A program made the position numbers and the translations under genes. From Amoebophrya sp. A120 (lineage: Eukaryota; Protista; Dinoflagellata): a stretch of 64,000 bases of DNA. The notes under the pieces are model-generated. The model ran no database searches and was not told where the DNA came from. It saw nothing but the letters and a program-made list of their open reading frames with translations. This document shows, one piece after another, positions 11,735-23,208 of the stretch. The DNA lies in NCBI GenBank assembly GCA_905178155.1, contig CAJINV010000002.1, forward strand, positions 840,780-904,779, given 5' to 3'. Each line of letters starts with the position of its first letter. Position 1 is the stretch's first letter.

Positions 11735-13939
11735 TCATTTCATCAAAACGTTTGACATCATCATATCTGCCGCACCTCCTCCTCCACCAGAAGAAGACGC
11801 GGAAAAACCACCAGCACTACTTCCGCCCATCATTCCCGCCCCTATCCTGGACTCCTCCCCCACAAAAGCGCTCAAATCCGTCTGCGCCGGCGGCCAGATC
11901 GGCATGCGAGGGTAGGTATCAAAAGTAAAAATGTCTGGGTCTGGAAACTTGTGATGCTGGGTGGCGTCTCATGATGACGCTACAAATGCTGGCTCAGCAT
12001 GACAAGTTTCTGCTCTCCTAGGTGTTGCCTATTCTGCATGACAAACTGCGTTTCTGCATCACAGAAAAACGGAGCTCTTGGGTAACATGCATGACAGATT
12101 TAAGAGTCATGCCAGACAAGCATGACAAACATGAATTCTTCCAGACCCAGACATTTTTACAGTTGATAGTAGGTGTTTGGCGGCGTGATGTAAAGCTGCC
12201 CCTGCTTGTTACCCGAACTCGAATTCATGTTGGACGCCAAAATCTGCCGTTCCATATATGCAATACAGATTTCCCGTACATGATGTACAAGATGCATCAC
12301 AAATTTCACCAATTTGGAGTGCCACACTTGTCATGCTAAACTAGGATCGAAACCCAAATTTGTCATGCAGAGGCCGCATTTGTACTACGTGTACGGGAGA
12401 TTTACTGTGGATACCAAATTCCCGCACAACACCCTGGCTTTCATTACCGGGGCGGAAGTCAGTAGCGCTTTGTTCCGAATAAATTCGTTTGACGGATCTT
12501 GGTTGTCTTCTGGTGTTGCAGAAGACGCAGCGGCTCCGGACACGTCGTCTCCTGGGGGTTCGGCTATCCCGCCTTCTTCTGGTGATAAGGTGCTCTCAGC
12601 GTCTTCTCCTGCGCCACCTCCAGTTGTTGTACCGTCTCCCTCTCCACCGCCTTCCTTCACCTTCGCCGCATCCTCCTCCGCTTCTCTATTCGCACTTCCA
12701 AAATCGGGTTCTACCTCCTTCTTCGTAACCAACAGCCAGTTCTTGAAGCGGTCGCAGGTTTTCCGCAAATTTTTCAGCAAATCCGAACTCTCGTACGACT
12801 TCTCATACTTCTCGTTCTCCGCCTGCCGGTAAGCTAAAACCGCGTTTTCCTTACAAGTATTAACTGCAAATAACGCATCGCACTCATATACAACATGCAT
12901 TACAAATTTCCTCAGCTGCATGAGAAAGATAATTTGTAATGCGGATTTACCTCAAGAAAAGATTTGTAATGCATGATTACAATTACAACGAGTACGATAT
13001 TTTTGCTGTTCATAGCAAGACTGTCCGATCTGCCAGTGTTTGGTCGCGATGGTTTCGTATCAAATGCAAAAGTGTCTGGATCTGGAAAGTTGGAACTTGT
13101 GATGCTGACTTTGGACTCTAAAAAAATCTGTATTGCATGACCAGCAAGAGGAGTCTAGTTTGTGCTACGCGGGGAGGGCGTTTGTCATGCGGAAATGGTA
13201 TCAAGAAAGTTGCCAAAAATCTGTGATGCTGGGTCATGCATTACAATCATCATGGGTCATGCCAGACAAGCATGACAAGCCTTCCATTTTTCCAGACCCA
13301 GACATTTTTGCATTTGATATTTCGAAATAGTTCGCCACTTGCGCGTACTTCGCCGCCTTCTGCGCAGCTTCGAAGGCGACGGACTGTTTTGTATCTGCTA
13401 GGTAAGTATCCTGTGCAAAAGTATCGTACTCGTAGTAATTGCAGTCATGCATTACAAAACTTTTTCTTAAGGTAAATCAGCATTACAAATTTTATTTCTC
13501 TTGCTGAAAGAATTTGCAATGCATTTATACGAATGCGATACTTTTGCAGTTCATAGTAAGACGGGTAGAGCGGTTCCGCTGCCTTCCAGGGGTCGGGGCC
13601 GGTGAGACCGGCGTACTCCTCTATCCTGAGTAAAAACGTACCCACACCATAGTCAAGATGGGGAATCGGCTAGACAAATCCACAAGTTTTGGCTGTTTTG
13701 CATGACAAATTTGCATTCGTAGTGTAGTGCGGTTTGAGCTAGCTCAGCAGCATCACAGATCTAGCATACCATGCTGATTGGAGCATGACAAATTGCAAAA
13801 CACGACTAGAAAATGCTTCTCATGGGGCTCCGCATGAGAAACATTTTCAGCATGCAGATTTGCATTACAACTCTGGTGTGGGTACGTTTTTACTGAGGAT
13901 ATCCTCCTTTTCGACATCGTCCGCCGGGGGCAGATACAT
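11735..13939 (-). CDS. Hypothetical protein, 7 exons
   Basis: MYLPPADDVEKE|EYAGLTGPDPW...SY|LADTKQ...YFE|TIATKHW...|KENAVLAYRQAENEK...GNL|ERQILAS...NTY|PRMPIWPP...LMK*; continuous frame after removal of six TIR elements. Confidence 0.7.
11917..12168. mobile_element. Introner family A
   Basis: TIRs, direct repeat GTAGG. Confidence 0.88.
12257..12413. mobile_element. Introner family F
   Basis: TIRs TATGCAATACAGATTTCCCGTAC / GTACGGGAGATTTACTGTGGATA; flanks CCATA/CCAAA; inverted sister copy at 25134. Confidence 0.85.
12858..13014. mobile_element. Introner family C
   Basis: TIRs, flanks ACAAG/GCAAG. Confidence 0.82.
13058..13319. mobile_element. Introner family A
   Basis: TIRs, direct repeat TTTCG. 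Confidence 0.9.
13407..13555. mobile_element. Introner family C
   Basis: TIRs, direct repeat GTAAG. Confidence 0.88.
13622..13901. mobile_element. Introner family E (TIR TATCCTGAGTAAAAACGTACCCACACCA)
   Basis: TIRs, direct repeat TCCTC; sisters at 40087 and 42651. Confidence 0.9.
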
Positions 13940-14536
13940 CTTGGGGTAAGTGTTTTGGTGTAACTTAAATTTTGGAAGTATAACAATACAAATTCACGCC
14001 TTTGATGTACCTTGTTGTCGTTGCTGCGCGCCACGAGTAATGAAGCCTTCTTGTTCTTCTAGTACTTCTAGTTCGACGACATTTTCGATCTTGTGCACAC
14101 GTTCTGCGTCGAAAACAGCGAAAAAAGATTGCAAATTCACATCTTCCAAAGGAAGGAAATCGAAATGTAGTTCTCTCGGGCGTCGACTTTTCCTTTTTAG
14201 ATCATCGAAGGCGAACGCGCTCGTTGTAGGCTCTCAGAGTAGCATGCGACGAGTCGAAACATGAATGGAGCGAACACGGAGGAAAAACAAAACTCCCGCT
14301 CGTGCGAGCCACAAAGTCAACCGGTTTATTTCTATTTCACACAATGACAAAAGTACACAGTGTCTAAAGAGAATATCGTGACAAGGGCAAAACATCGTTC
14401 TTCTGGAGTCCTTCCAATCTCCACAGAACTTCATCCCTAGGCAAATGATAATGATGTAAAAAAATGTATAGTGTAAGACTTCTCCAATTGTTCTTGTAAA
14501 ACGCTGATTCCTTGTCACCTTGAGGGTGCACTACTT

Positions 14537-17500
14537 TCACCACGCCCCCTGTCCGTGGAACCCCGATCCGCGCATGCCCCAACCATCATTGTGCGCTGCA
14601 CCCCAAGCCATGTCATTGTGCGTTGCCATCCAGGAATCGCGATACTGCCAGCCGGAGCTATCGCCTTCTCCTCCTTTTCCATACGAAGATATTCTGGCAG
14701 CGGCTCCTGTCGCACCACCGCCACCGTCGCCAGAAGGATGATAATATCCAGCTGAGGACACGGTTGTGTAGCTGTAGTTTTCCGTATAAATATCGCCTTT
14801 CCTCCCGCTCAATCGCTTCTTCTGTAGATTCTCCATCGAGGGGCGTGGAGGTGCAGCTCCGGCGAGCGTGTTGCTACGAGTTAGCTTTCCCCTTCCCTTT
14901 GACGTAGTAGCTGCTCCAGGAGCCGATGGCAACTGCAATTTCGGAACAGCAGCTGCACCACCAGCAGCTGATGAACTACCTCCATTTGCGCCCGACTGCC
15001 CCGCACTCCCACCCCGCCTCGGTGTTGTTGGAGTGATAGCCTGCTCACCACTCCCACCTCGCCTGGGTGTGGTTGGGGCGATTGGCAAGTTAGACTTCCG
15101 GGGCCCCGGGGAAGGAGTCTCACCTTGATTCCCGTAAGAACTACCGTATAATTGCTGCGCCGCGAGTCTTGGCGGCAACCTGACCATCGGCCCGTGATGC
15201 GCGTAAAAGGGGGCGGTTCTGGGTGTCGAATGTGGCGTCGCCGGCGGGGTAAATTGTTCGTCACTTTTTCTCCTTCCACTCAACCGAAGCGCGTTTGGTG
15301 CTAGCTCGTCAGACGGTCTCGGTGTTGCAGCAGCTCTTGGTGTCTTCATCTCCTCCGCCACTAATTTCGGATCCGTTTCGGCCGCTGGTTCCAAACACGC
15401 ACTCGGCCGTTGGTAGTAACCGGCGCGATAGTAGATGATAAATTCCGGTAATATTTGCGATGGATCGAACAGGACAAATTCCCGGAATTTCAATCTGATG
15501 TTGTCCGCCATCAATGTATTGAAACCCGCCTTTCCCATTTTCTCCGCGACCCCTTCTTCGATTTCGAAGTGGGGTGTCGAATTTTTACTGTCCCTTTTCT
15601 CGGCAGCATCAGCTGCGTCCTTCACCGCCTCATCGGAATTTGTGATGCAGTTAAAAGCCATATTGTCAATTTTTTCCAAATCCTCCGCCTTACACGCCAT
15701 TTTGTGGCTGACAAACACCTTGCCCAGCGCACTTCTGCACAACAGCTGCGTGCGGGGCTTCGTAATCGCGTTCATTTGCTCGGGGAAGTACAGCCTGGCC
15801 CCGGCGGAACAGTGCGATTTCTCGTTCACTGTGAGAAGTTGCTTGTCCACACGGGTGGGCTGGGTGTTGTAGTAGTATTCCGAAACGGTTTTAGCAATAC
15901 TTGTTTTGCGGCTGTTGGAGTTTGTGGTTGTGTTTGATTTGATGTTCATCCCGCCGCCGTCTTCTGACTCTGTAAAGGATTTGAAGTTGTTAACTCTGTC
16001 CATGGATTCCAACTCAACCAACTCAGCCGTATATCTGTCCGCTTTCGAACTCGCTTCTGCTAGGTAAATCGCCTTTCCAAACCGAGACCCGTGCTTCGAT
16101 TTCTCACTCGCTTCTGGTAGGTTGATATGAACTTCAAAAGCATCGCACTCGTACTAATTGCAAACATGCATGACAAATCGTCTTCCTAAAGTAAAACAGC
16201 ATTACGAATCCCATTTGTGATGCTGAGGGAAGTTGTGATGCTATTTATACGTAGCACGTTGCTTTTGCAGTTCATAGTTGAACCCCTTCTGCGCGATCTC
16301 CCACGCGTTTCTTTCCTTCGTACCGTGGAAAAGGAAGCATTCGTTGTATTCTTTGTAAACCGGGTAAACATGGTCGTCGACGTAATTACTTGAATATGAA
16401 TTGTAATTGTTCGAATTCGAATTATCTCCAAAAACCTCCGGCAGCGCCCTGGGCCAGATTTTATCCGGAGTGACTTTCTCCGTCATCACCTTATTCGTGT
16501 CGAACTGCGTTTTTTTCTCGACATTCGTGTACATTTTGTCAGAGATCCAGTCAAACTGTTCCCAGATTTTTTCCCTCGTATCCTCAAACAACTCAACCTG
16601 GTTCTCGGAATAGCACCAGTAAACCTTGTCCACAACGTAGAAATCTGGGACGTTTTCCTGTAACTTCACCGACCTGGGATGTTGCTCCTTTTTCAAATTC
16701 GCGAGAACCACATTTGTTGCGTTTTTCAACTTTTGTACCGCGGGACCTTGTTTATCCTTAATCTCATTCTTGACCTCGTCCTTCACCTTGATCGCCGCTG
16801 CCAAATTCGCGGTTTGCCGCTTCTTTTTCAGATTCGACTCCCACATTAACTCGTGTTGGGAATCCGTTTTCCGGTGGGTTTCAGTATGGAAGTGCACAAC
16901 TCCTGCTCCCCCTCATTTGTATGGCATGGCCAGCAATACAAACACCAGCACACGTGTATGCTGTGCATGACAAGTTCATGCGACGGATGCAGTGCTGTTT
17001 GCGCTTCCAGGTTTTGTCATGCAAACAGTGCCACAAGTCAGTGCAGCAACCGGATTTGGGATTTTGCATGACAAATGACGGGGAGGGGGAGTTGTGCACT
17101 CTCATATTCGTTTAAAAGCTTTTCGAAGACATTGATGACTTGTGCGTGCTTCGGGTTTTCTCTGTGGAAGGAGGTGTGGGTGAAAAACCCGATAGACTGT
17201 GGCTCATCTCGTACACTCCCATCAGTAGACCGGCTGCCGGGAGTTCTCGTACTGCTTGTGCTCCTCTTTGTCTTGGTAGAAGAAGTTGTACTTCTCGGTT
17301 TCTTGTTAGAAGTGTTACCGCCTGCAGGAGGTGGTGGACTACTTACTTTTGCGGCTTGTACTTTCGCGGAGGTTTTTTTCACAATATCGTTTTTCACCTG
17401 TTTCACCTTCTCGGTCACCTGTTTCACCTTCTCGGCTCTCGGTTGTTGCAAAGGTGCGGTCTTTTTGCTTTTGAAAAGCGAACTCCAAAAACCTTCGCCC

Positions 17501-18870
17501 TCGGGTTTCGGCTGTTTTCGTGCTAGCGGGAGAAGGCCCTTGACATCATAGGCACTAGAGCTGCCTGCAGTTTCTTCTTCTGGATGTAGTTGCGGAGCCA
17601 CGCGCACCTCCAAAACTCTATCGTCACTATCTACCCGGTACTCCACTGGCGTGCCTTTCTCCAAAATGAAAACGGAATGATTTTCATCTGTAGTCAGCTC
17701 GACCTTGGAGAATTGGAGGAGCTGCAGATCCTCATCGTGCAGCCCGTCGTGGCTTGCATGATCTTGATCTCCAGCAGGAGCACCTTCATGCACGATATCA
17801 CCATCCGCCCCCTTCTGGTAATACGCTACTTTCGCCCCGTGGTGATCACCGTCGATGGCTAAGGATTTTGATTCCTCCTCATGATGATGATGGTGGTCTT
17901 CCGGCTTCCTCTCGTGTCCGACCAAATCATGGTTTATCAGTTTGTTGACATCAATGTGTTTCAGCAAGCCAAATCCGGATTTGTCATCGTAGTTCACGAT
18001 CTCCCCCTTGTGGAACTTCTCATCTGGGTGGATTAAATCTTCCTCGTCCGATAAAGCTTTCGCCGTGTCTTGCTGTACTGCGACTGCCCCTGCTGGACCG
18101 GTTTCTATTGCGAGACTCGCTTGTAGGCGGGTTATAACCTCGTCGTTCCCTGCGGGAGCTACCTGTTGATCACCATCACCTTCGTGAAGAGGACCAACAT
18201 CTTCCCCCTCCGTAATCCCGATCTCCACGAGAGAGTCATGCAAATACTTCGGATGACTACTCGGTAAAAAACTCTTCGACAGCGTTAGCTTCTTTTCCTT
18301 CTCGAGCTCGTTGAACTGCGCTATCTGGTCATAATACTCCTTTTTCACCCCGTGCATAACACTCACCGCCTCGCCCTCCGGGTGGGTTATATCTGAGAGA
18401 GCGTCAGCGTTTTTTGACAGCAGAGAACCGTGTCCTTGACCGGGTTCTTCTTTGAAGGGAGCTATTGTGGCGTTGAGTGGGGAGATCGACGCGGCAGACG
18501 ATTCGGCTTCATCACCGTCGCTGTCGGTAAAAGCCAACGCCTCAAACAACCCCTGATGGTCGTAATTCTGCGGTTTTCTCGTCTGATGCGCGAATTTCAC
18601 CACCTCGTCATCTGGTATAGTTGCGTCCGAAACTGCGCCAGTATCGCTAGCGACGATCTTCTCGCCCCGTTGCATCAAAACTACGGAGGATTCGCTGCCT
18701 GAAACCACGGAGCTTTTACTAGCTGTATTAGCGTCTTTTGAAAACAACACGGGCGGTAGTTGTTTCGCTTTAACCGGTGGGGGTCCTTTCCGCGGTCGCG
18801 GTGGTGGGTGGTAGTTGAAGCGAAAAGCGCGCCGGCGGCCCTCGGGAAATGGGAGAAACTCTTCCGACAT
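14537..18870 (-). CDS. PARP-family (ARTD-type) ADP-ribosyltransferase with long disordered flanks
   Basis: Three exons. Catalytic motifs NECFLFHGT, GSRFGKAIYLAEASSKADRY, QLLCRSALG and FREFVLFDPSQILPEFIIYY give the H-Y-E triad. Confidence 0.85.
16126..16276. mobile_element. Introner family C
   Basis: TIRs, direct repeat GTTGA; lies inside the PARP catalytic domain. Confidence 0.88.
16885..17106. mobile_element. Introner family D (TIR TATxxxAGTGCACAACTCCCCCTC...CATTTGT)
   Basis: TIRs, flanks TTCAG/TTCGT; sister at 36325. Confidence 0.85.
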
Positions 18871-21800
18871 TGTTTTGGGGGTAATTGTGTAGTTTGCGAT
18901 TAGCTTTAAACTAATTGGTGCTGGTGCTGGAAGTTGCTGTTGACGTACTCAAATAGGATTAGGATTATTGATGTAGTGCTTGTGCTTGTCAAGGTGAGAG
19001 GACACAAACGAGGCCAGCGCTCAGGGTATGAGCGTCTACCTTCGCGACCATAAAACCAAAATGGGAATAAAGTGGCATAGCAGCATGGGAATGCGCCGTT
19101 ACCTTGACTTTCTGAAGTGCACCTGGCGTACTCAATCAATTCATTCACTGTGGTGCGGAGATGTCGCCGTGAGTTGATGCTGATGGATCGTCTCCATGGT
19201 ACGACAAACGAAAGAGTTTTTATTTCCGGAGGAATTTGCACGACAAAAAATAAAAAACGAGCGATAGTATGGTACTGACAGAAGTTCATGGCCTACGAAA
19301 GCAGGACCGACAGAAGAAGAGACGTATTCACTTTGGTTGCAGATCAGAGATCAGAGGTGTCAGCCCACGTGACGCCGTCACGCAAGCTGGGCTCAACGCA
19401 GCGGTCAGGCAATCCTAACCACCACGTCGGCCGTAAAATAGATTTGCGTTTGTCAGAAGTTTGGAGCTGATGACACAGAAATAACTAAACCCTTTTGATG
19501 CAGACTAGAGAAGCTAAAAACTAGGCTCCGAAGAGCTGAGCTGGAATGGGCGAGAAGACTATGCTCCGAGGAGCTACTTTGGAAAGGTTTTAAAAAAACT
19601 ATGCTCCGAGGAGCGGGCCTGGGGGAGCTAAAACAAAACTAAGCTTTCAGATTTTGGATTTCAAACAAAATAAAACTACACGACAATAGGTCAGAATAAT
19701 GGTCTTCGTCCTGCGAAAACCCTCAAACCGGCTACAAGTCGTGACTTATCGAGATCGCCACTTTTCAAACTACGCAGGATTAGTCTTTTCGCAGAAAAAG
19801 AGCCCAGGAACTTTCCCGAACTAAACAAAGCTGCAGTTTTAGATGGGGACAAGGCGATACATGTGAGATCATGGAAAACAACAGCTTTTTTGGATTTTCG
19901 CTACCAATAATGAGTCCGCTTTTCCATCATAGCATCGGGACAAGGCGAGCTTGATGGATCCACAGAGCTTGTAAGAGTTTAACTACGAGGTGCGAAGCCT
20001 TTAACACGTACTGCGGTCCTTTCCCGACGATCAAGTTTAAAACTCTCACTTCTGTAATTACGTTCGTGTAATAGCATCGCAAGTTCATAAACAACGGAGC
20101 TACCAAGAGAGACAAAACACGACGTCGCTCGTCTCACATCAGCACACCATCGTGTTGCGGACTAGCAAAGCTCCCAACTGAGAAAAAGAAAGGTAAAAGA
20201 AAAAAGAAAGCCAAACTCAGATAGTTTGACTTTTACCTTGCTGTAAAGAGAAAGAAAAACTGCACTCCTAGAGAGTTACGGTTTTTTTTTTGTGTTTTTT
20301 ATTTTCTGGTAGTCGATATCGATAAACTTCTTCTTCGAGCAAAAAATAAGGTCCTAAACCCGCCGACCTGAATCCACGATTTTCCCAAATCGCCCATACA
20401 AAAAACGCCAGAATCACCGAAATAGCCCGGCGGACCAAGGACAGCAAAGAGAACTCTCTCGCGTTACATCGATAAACAGGTCGCCCGGTCTACATGGTAA
20501 CAATTCCACGACATTATTACACAATTTGGAAGCTTAATAGTTCACCCGAGTTGGTTATGAAAATAGGTCGAACGAAATTTCTGCTTCTAGAACTACTTTT
20601 TTCCGGTGTCAAAAACAGAGATGAACAAGTCCTCTTATTCAAAAACTGAAGTCCCCCAGGCAGGTTAACAACGAACGCAGCAAAAATCTACTTCGCAACA
20701 GCTACAGCCCTACCACCTGCACCAGCTTTCTTCTTTTTCGGCTTTCGCATCCAACGAAAACCGAATTGGTGTGCGTGAGCAGGACCGACAGAAGAAGAGA
20801 CGTATTCACTTTGGTTGCAGCACGAAAACCGAACTTCTTTCTTTTTCAACAGACAGCAAAACTGGAAACTTGGGAAGCCATAAACTACTTGAAAAACCTG
20901 GGAAGCCTTAAACTATTTGAAATACCTGGGTAGCCTTAAAACCTTTGAGTACTTTGGGGACAGTAAAAAAATGAATCAAGTAATAGATTGATGGTAGTGA
21001 GAAGTGAATGACTAGACAACATAGCGCAATACTACACAACTTGGGGGCTTAACAGATCAGATTTTAGGTCGGGAGGATCTTATTATTAGCAATCTTGATT
21101 AGCGCCGCGCAGATCAGGACTAGATCACGCGAAAGAAATAAAATGTAGATCAAGCCGCGTAGAGCACTAAAAAAGCATCTCTGATTTTTGCAAATATTCA
21201 TTTTTAGAGGGGGACAAGGCGAGTAGGAAAAGAAACAGGAAAATTGGCAGACTTCCTGCTTTTTCCTTGCCTTGTAAAGTCTAAATCGACCGATATAGGT
21301 GGGGACAAGTCGTGCTGTATGAGTTAGTAAAGATACAGAAAAGCGAAGTCCTAAACCCGCCGACCTGAGTGCACGACTTTTACCTAACCTTCCATAAAAA
21401 AAACGTCAGAGTCACCGATTTAGCCCGGCGGAACAAGGACAGCATTTAGAACTCTCTCGCGTCACAACGATACCCAGGTCTAAACGAATAACATGAAGAG
21501 CGTAAATATTGCAAAGAGGGCATGGTTGGTCGCTCCAACTGGCTCTCTTCACCATATCGCACCACGAGCTCCATTTAAACAAGTGAAAAAAGAAGAGAAA
21601 AAAGGGAAGGAAAGGCAAGCACTACGCGCGCTTGGCTTTTAGTACACTAGTTCTACTGTAACTGCTCTTTTTTTTTTGTGTGTTTTTAGTTTTTTTTCGC
21701 TATAATAACTTCTTCCTTTCAACTAACGCTCACTACTACTTTCGGCTCACTCTACGAGCTGGCTCCTCTTACGTAAACAACGGGAGCCCTCGGCTTTCTG

Positions 21801-21906
21801 CGTGACTTCGTAGCGGCAATAAACGGGGCCGGGTCGACAAGTATCTGCGTCTTCAAAGCAATCGCTGCCTCAAGCGCTAGCGACTTGAAGGTCTACGAAA
21901 GCAGGA

Positions 21907-22057
21907 CCGACGGAAGAGGAGACGTATTCACTTTGGTTGCAGCACAGAAGAAGAGACGTATTCACTTTGGTTACAGAAGAAGAGACGTATTCACTTTGGT
22001 TACAGAAGAAGAGACGTATTCACTTTGGTTACAGAAGAAGAGACGTATTCACTTGGT
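21907..22057 (+). repeat. Tandem array, 29-bp unit ACAGAAGAAGAGACGTATTCACTTTGGTT, 5 copies of the core
   Basis: Directly visible; no unique spacers between units. Confidence 0.9.
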
Positions 22058-22944
22058 GTGCGGCATTCACTTGATTTTGTTTTTATCGGAATTTTTATCC
22101 TCATCGCCATTTTGGATTTGGCAGCTCCCTGGTTCGTAATAAATTGCACGAGATCAAGACAGCTGAAGCCTTCAAAGAGAAATTAAAGCGAAAACTCTGA
22201 AAATGGATCTGGCATTGTAAACGGAGAATGGGCCTGACGGTGTAACGATTATAACAAATACCACATAGGCAAAAACCCCACCTATCCACAGGAAATCAAC
22301 TTTGAATTGCAGCGCCAGACCTGCTGCTAGTGAGTCGGTAACAAGCGTCGAATGCGCGTCAAGCTTATCAACTGTGGCTGAGCAAAAGACGACATCAACA
22401 GGTTGATCATGTGTTTGTTCAAAATCGGGGCAAGTTCAAGATCTTCGTGGCGGATCATCACGATCATCATCATCTTCGTTGGTAAAGGTGCAACTAGATG
22501 TGCCTGTGGGATGATCACTCAGGCACACAGGCAGAGTAAAAGCTACTAGAAGCGATCTTCATCCCTTACATAAGACCTGAAGGGTTCTTTCCTCCAACAT
22601 CTTATTCAAAACTGACACTTCCTTGAAGCTGAAGCATACTCAGGATCCACATCTTCTCAAACCCGTTCGTGATCGTATGTTAGCGCTTTAGGAAAGGGCA
22701 AAGACACCGTCCAGCGCGCATGCAAAAATAAAAAAATACGGCACGAAAGAAACAAGCATTGGCGATCTTTCTTTGTGTAATTCGATAGAAAATGCCTCAC
22801 GCCTTAGCGAACGAAGCTTCTTCACCCGCAACGAGATGTGGTTTTTTGGATTCGGAAGAAGCTTACTCTGCCAAGCTAGAGCAGGTAGAAAGTTAGGTTT
22901 GTCATGCACGACTACCTACGAGTACGGTACTGTTGCATTCCATA

Positions 22945-23208
22945 CTCGAGAAACTGAAACAACTTCTCGCTGTCGTGCTCCGCATTGGACCCAGAAGTTT
23001 CGACCAAAACGCCGAACTTCGGCTTTCCGTTTCCCTCCGGCAGTAAAAACTCCGGTATGGCGGGCAGGTCCGGCAAATTCTTGCTCAAATTCTCCGTGCA
23101 TTCAGCATCCCAAAATTCGTAGGCGGAGAGGATCTCGCCGAGCTCCGCGCGGGCTTTTTGGAAAAGCGAAACGACGTCATCATAGTGGTCGACGGACAGC
23201 AGGAGCAC
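22945..23208 (-). pseudogene. D2HGDH: Isolated fragment of D-2-hydroxyglutarate dehydrogenase (FAD-linked oxidase C-terminal domain)
   Basis: ARAELGEILSAYEFWD and VLVETSGSNAEHDSEKLFQFLE match D2HGDH/DLD2 family motifs; no flanking exons found. Confidence 0.7.

Noticed and set aside
21907-22057. CRISPR-like 29-bp repeats
   Set aside because: Units are head-to-tail without unique spacers, there are no cas genes, and the context is eukaryotic.
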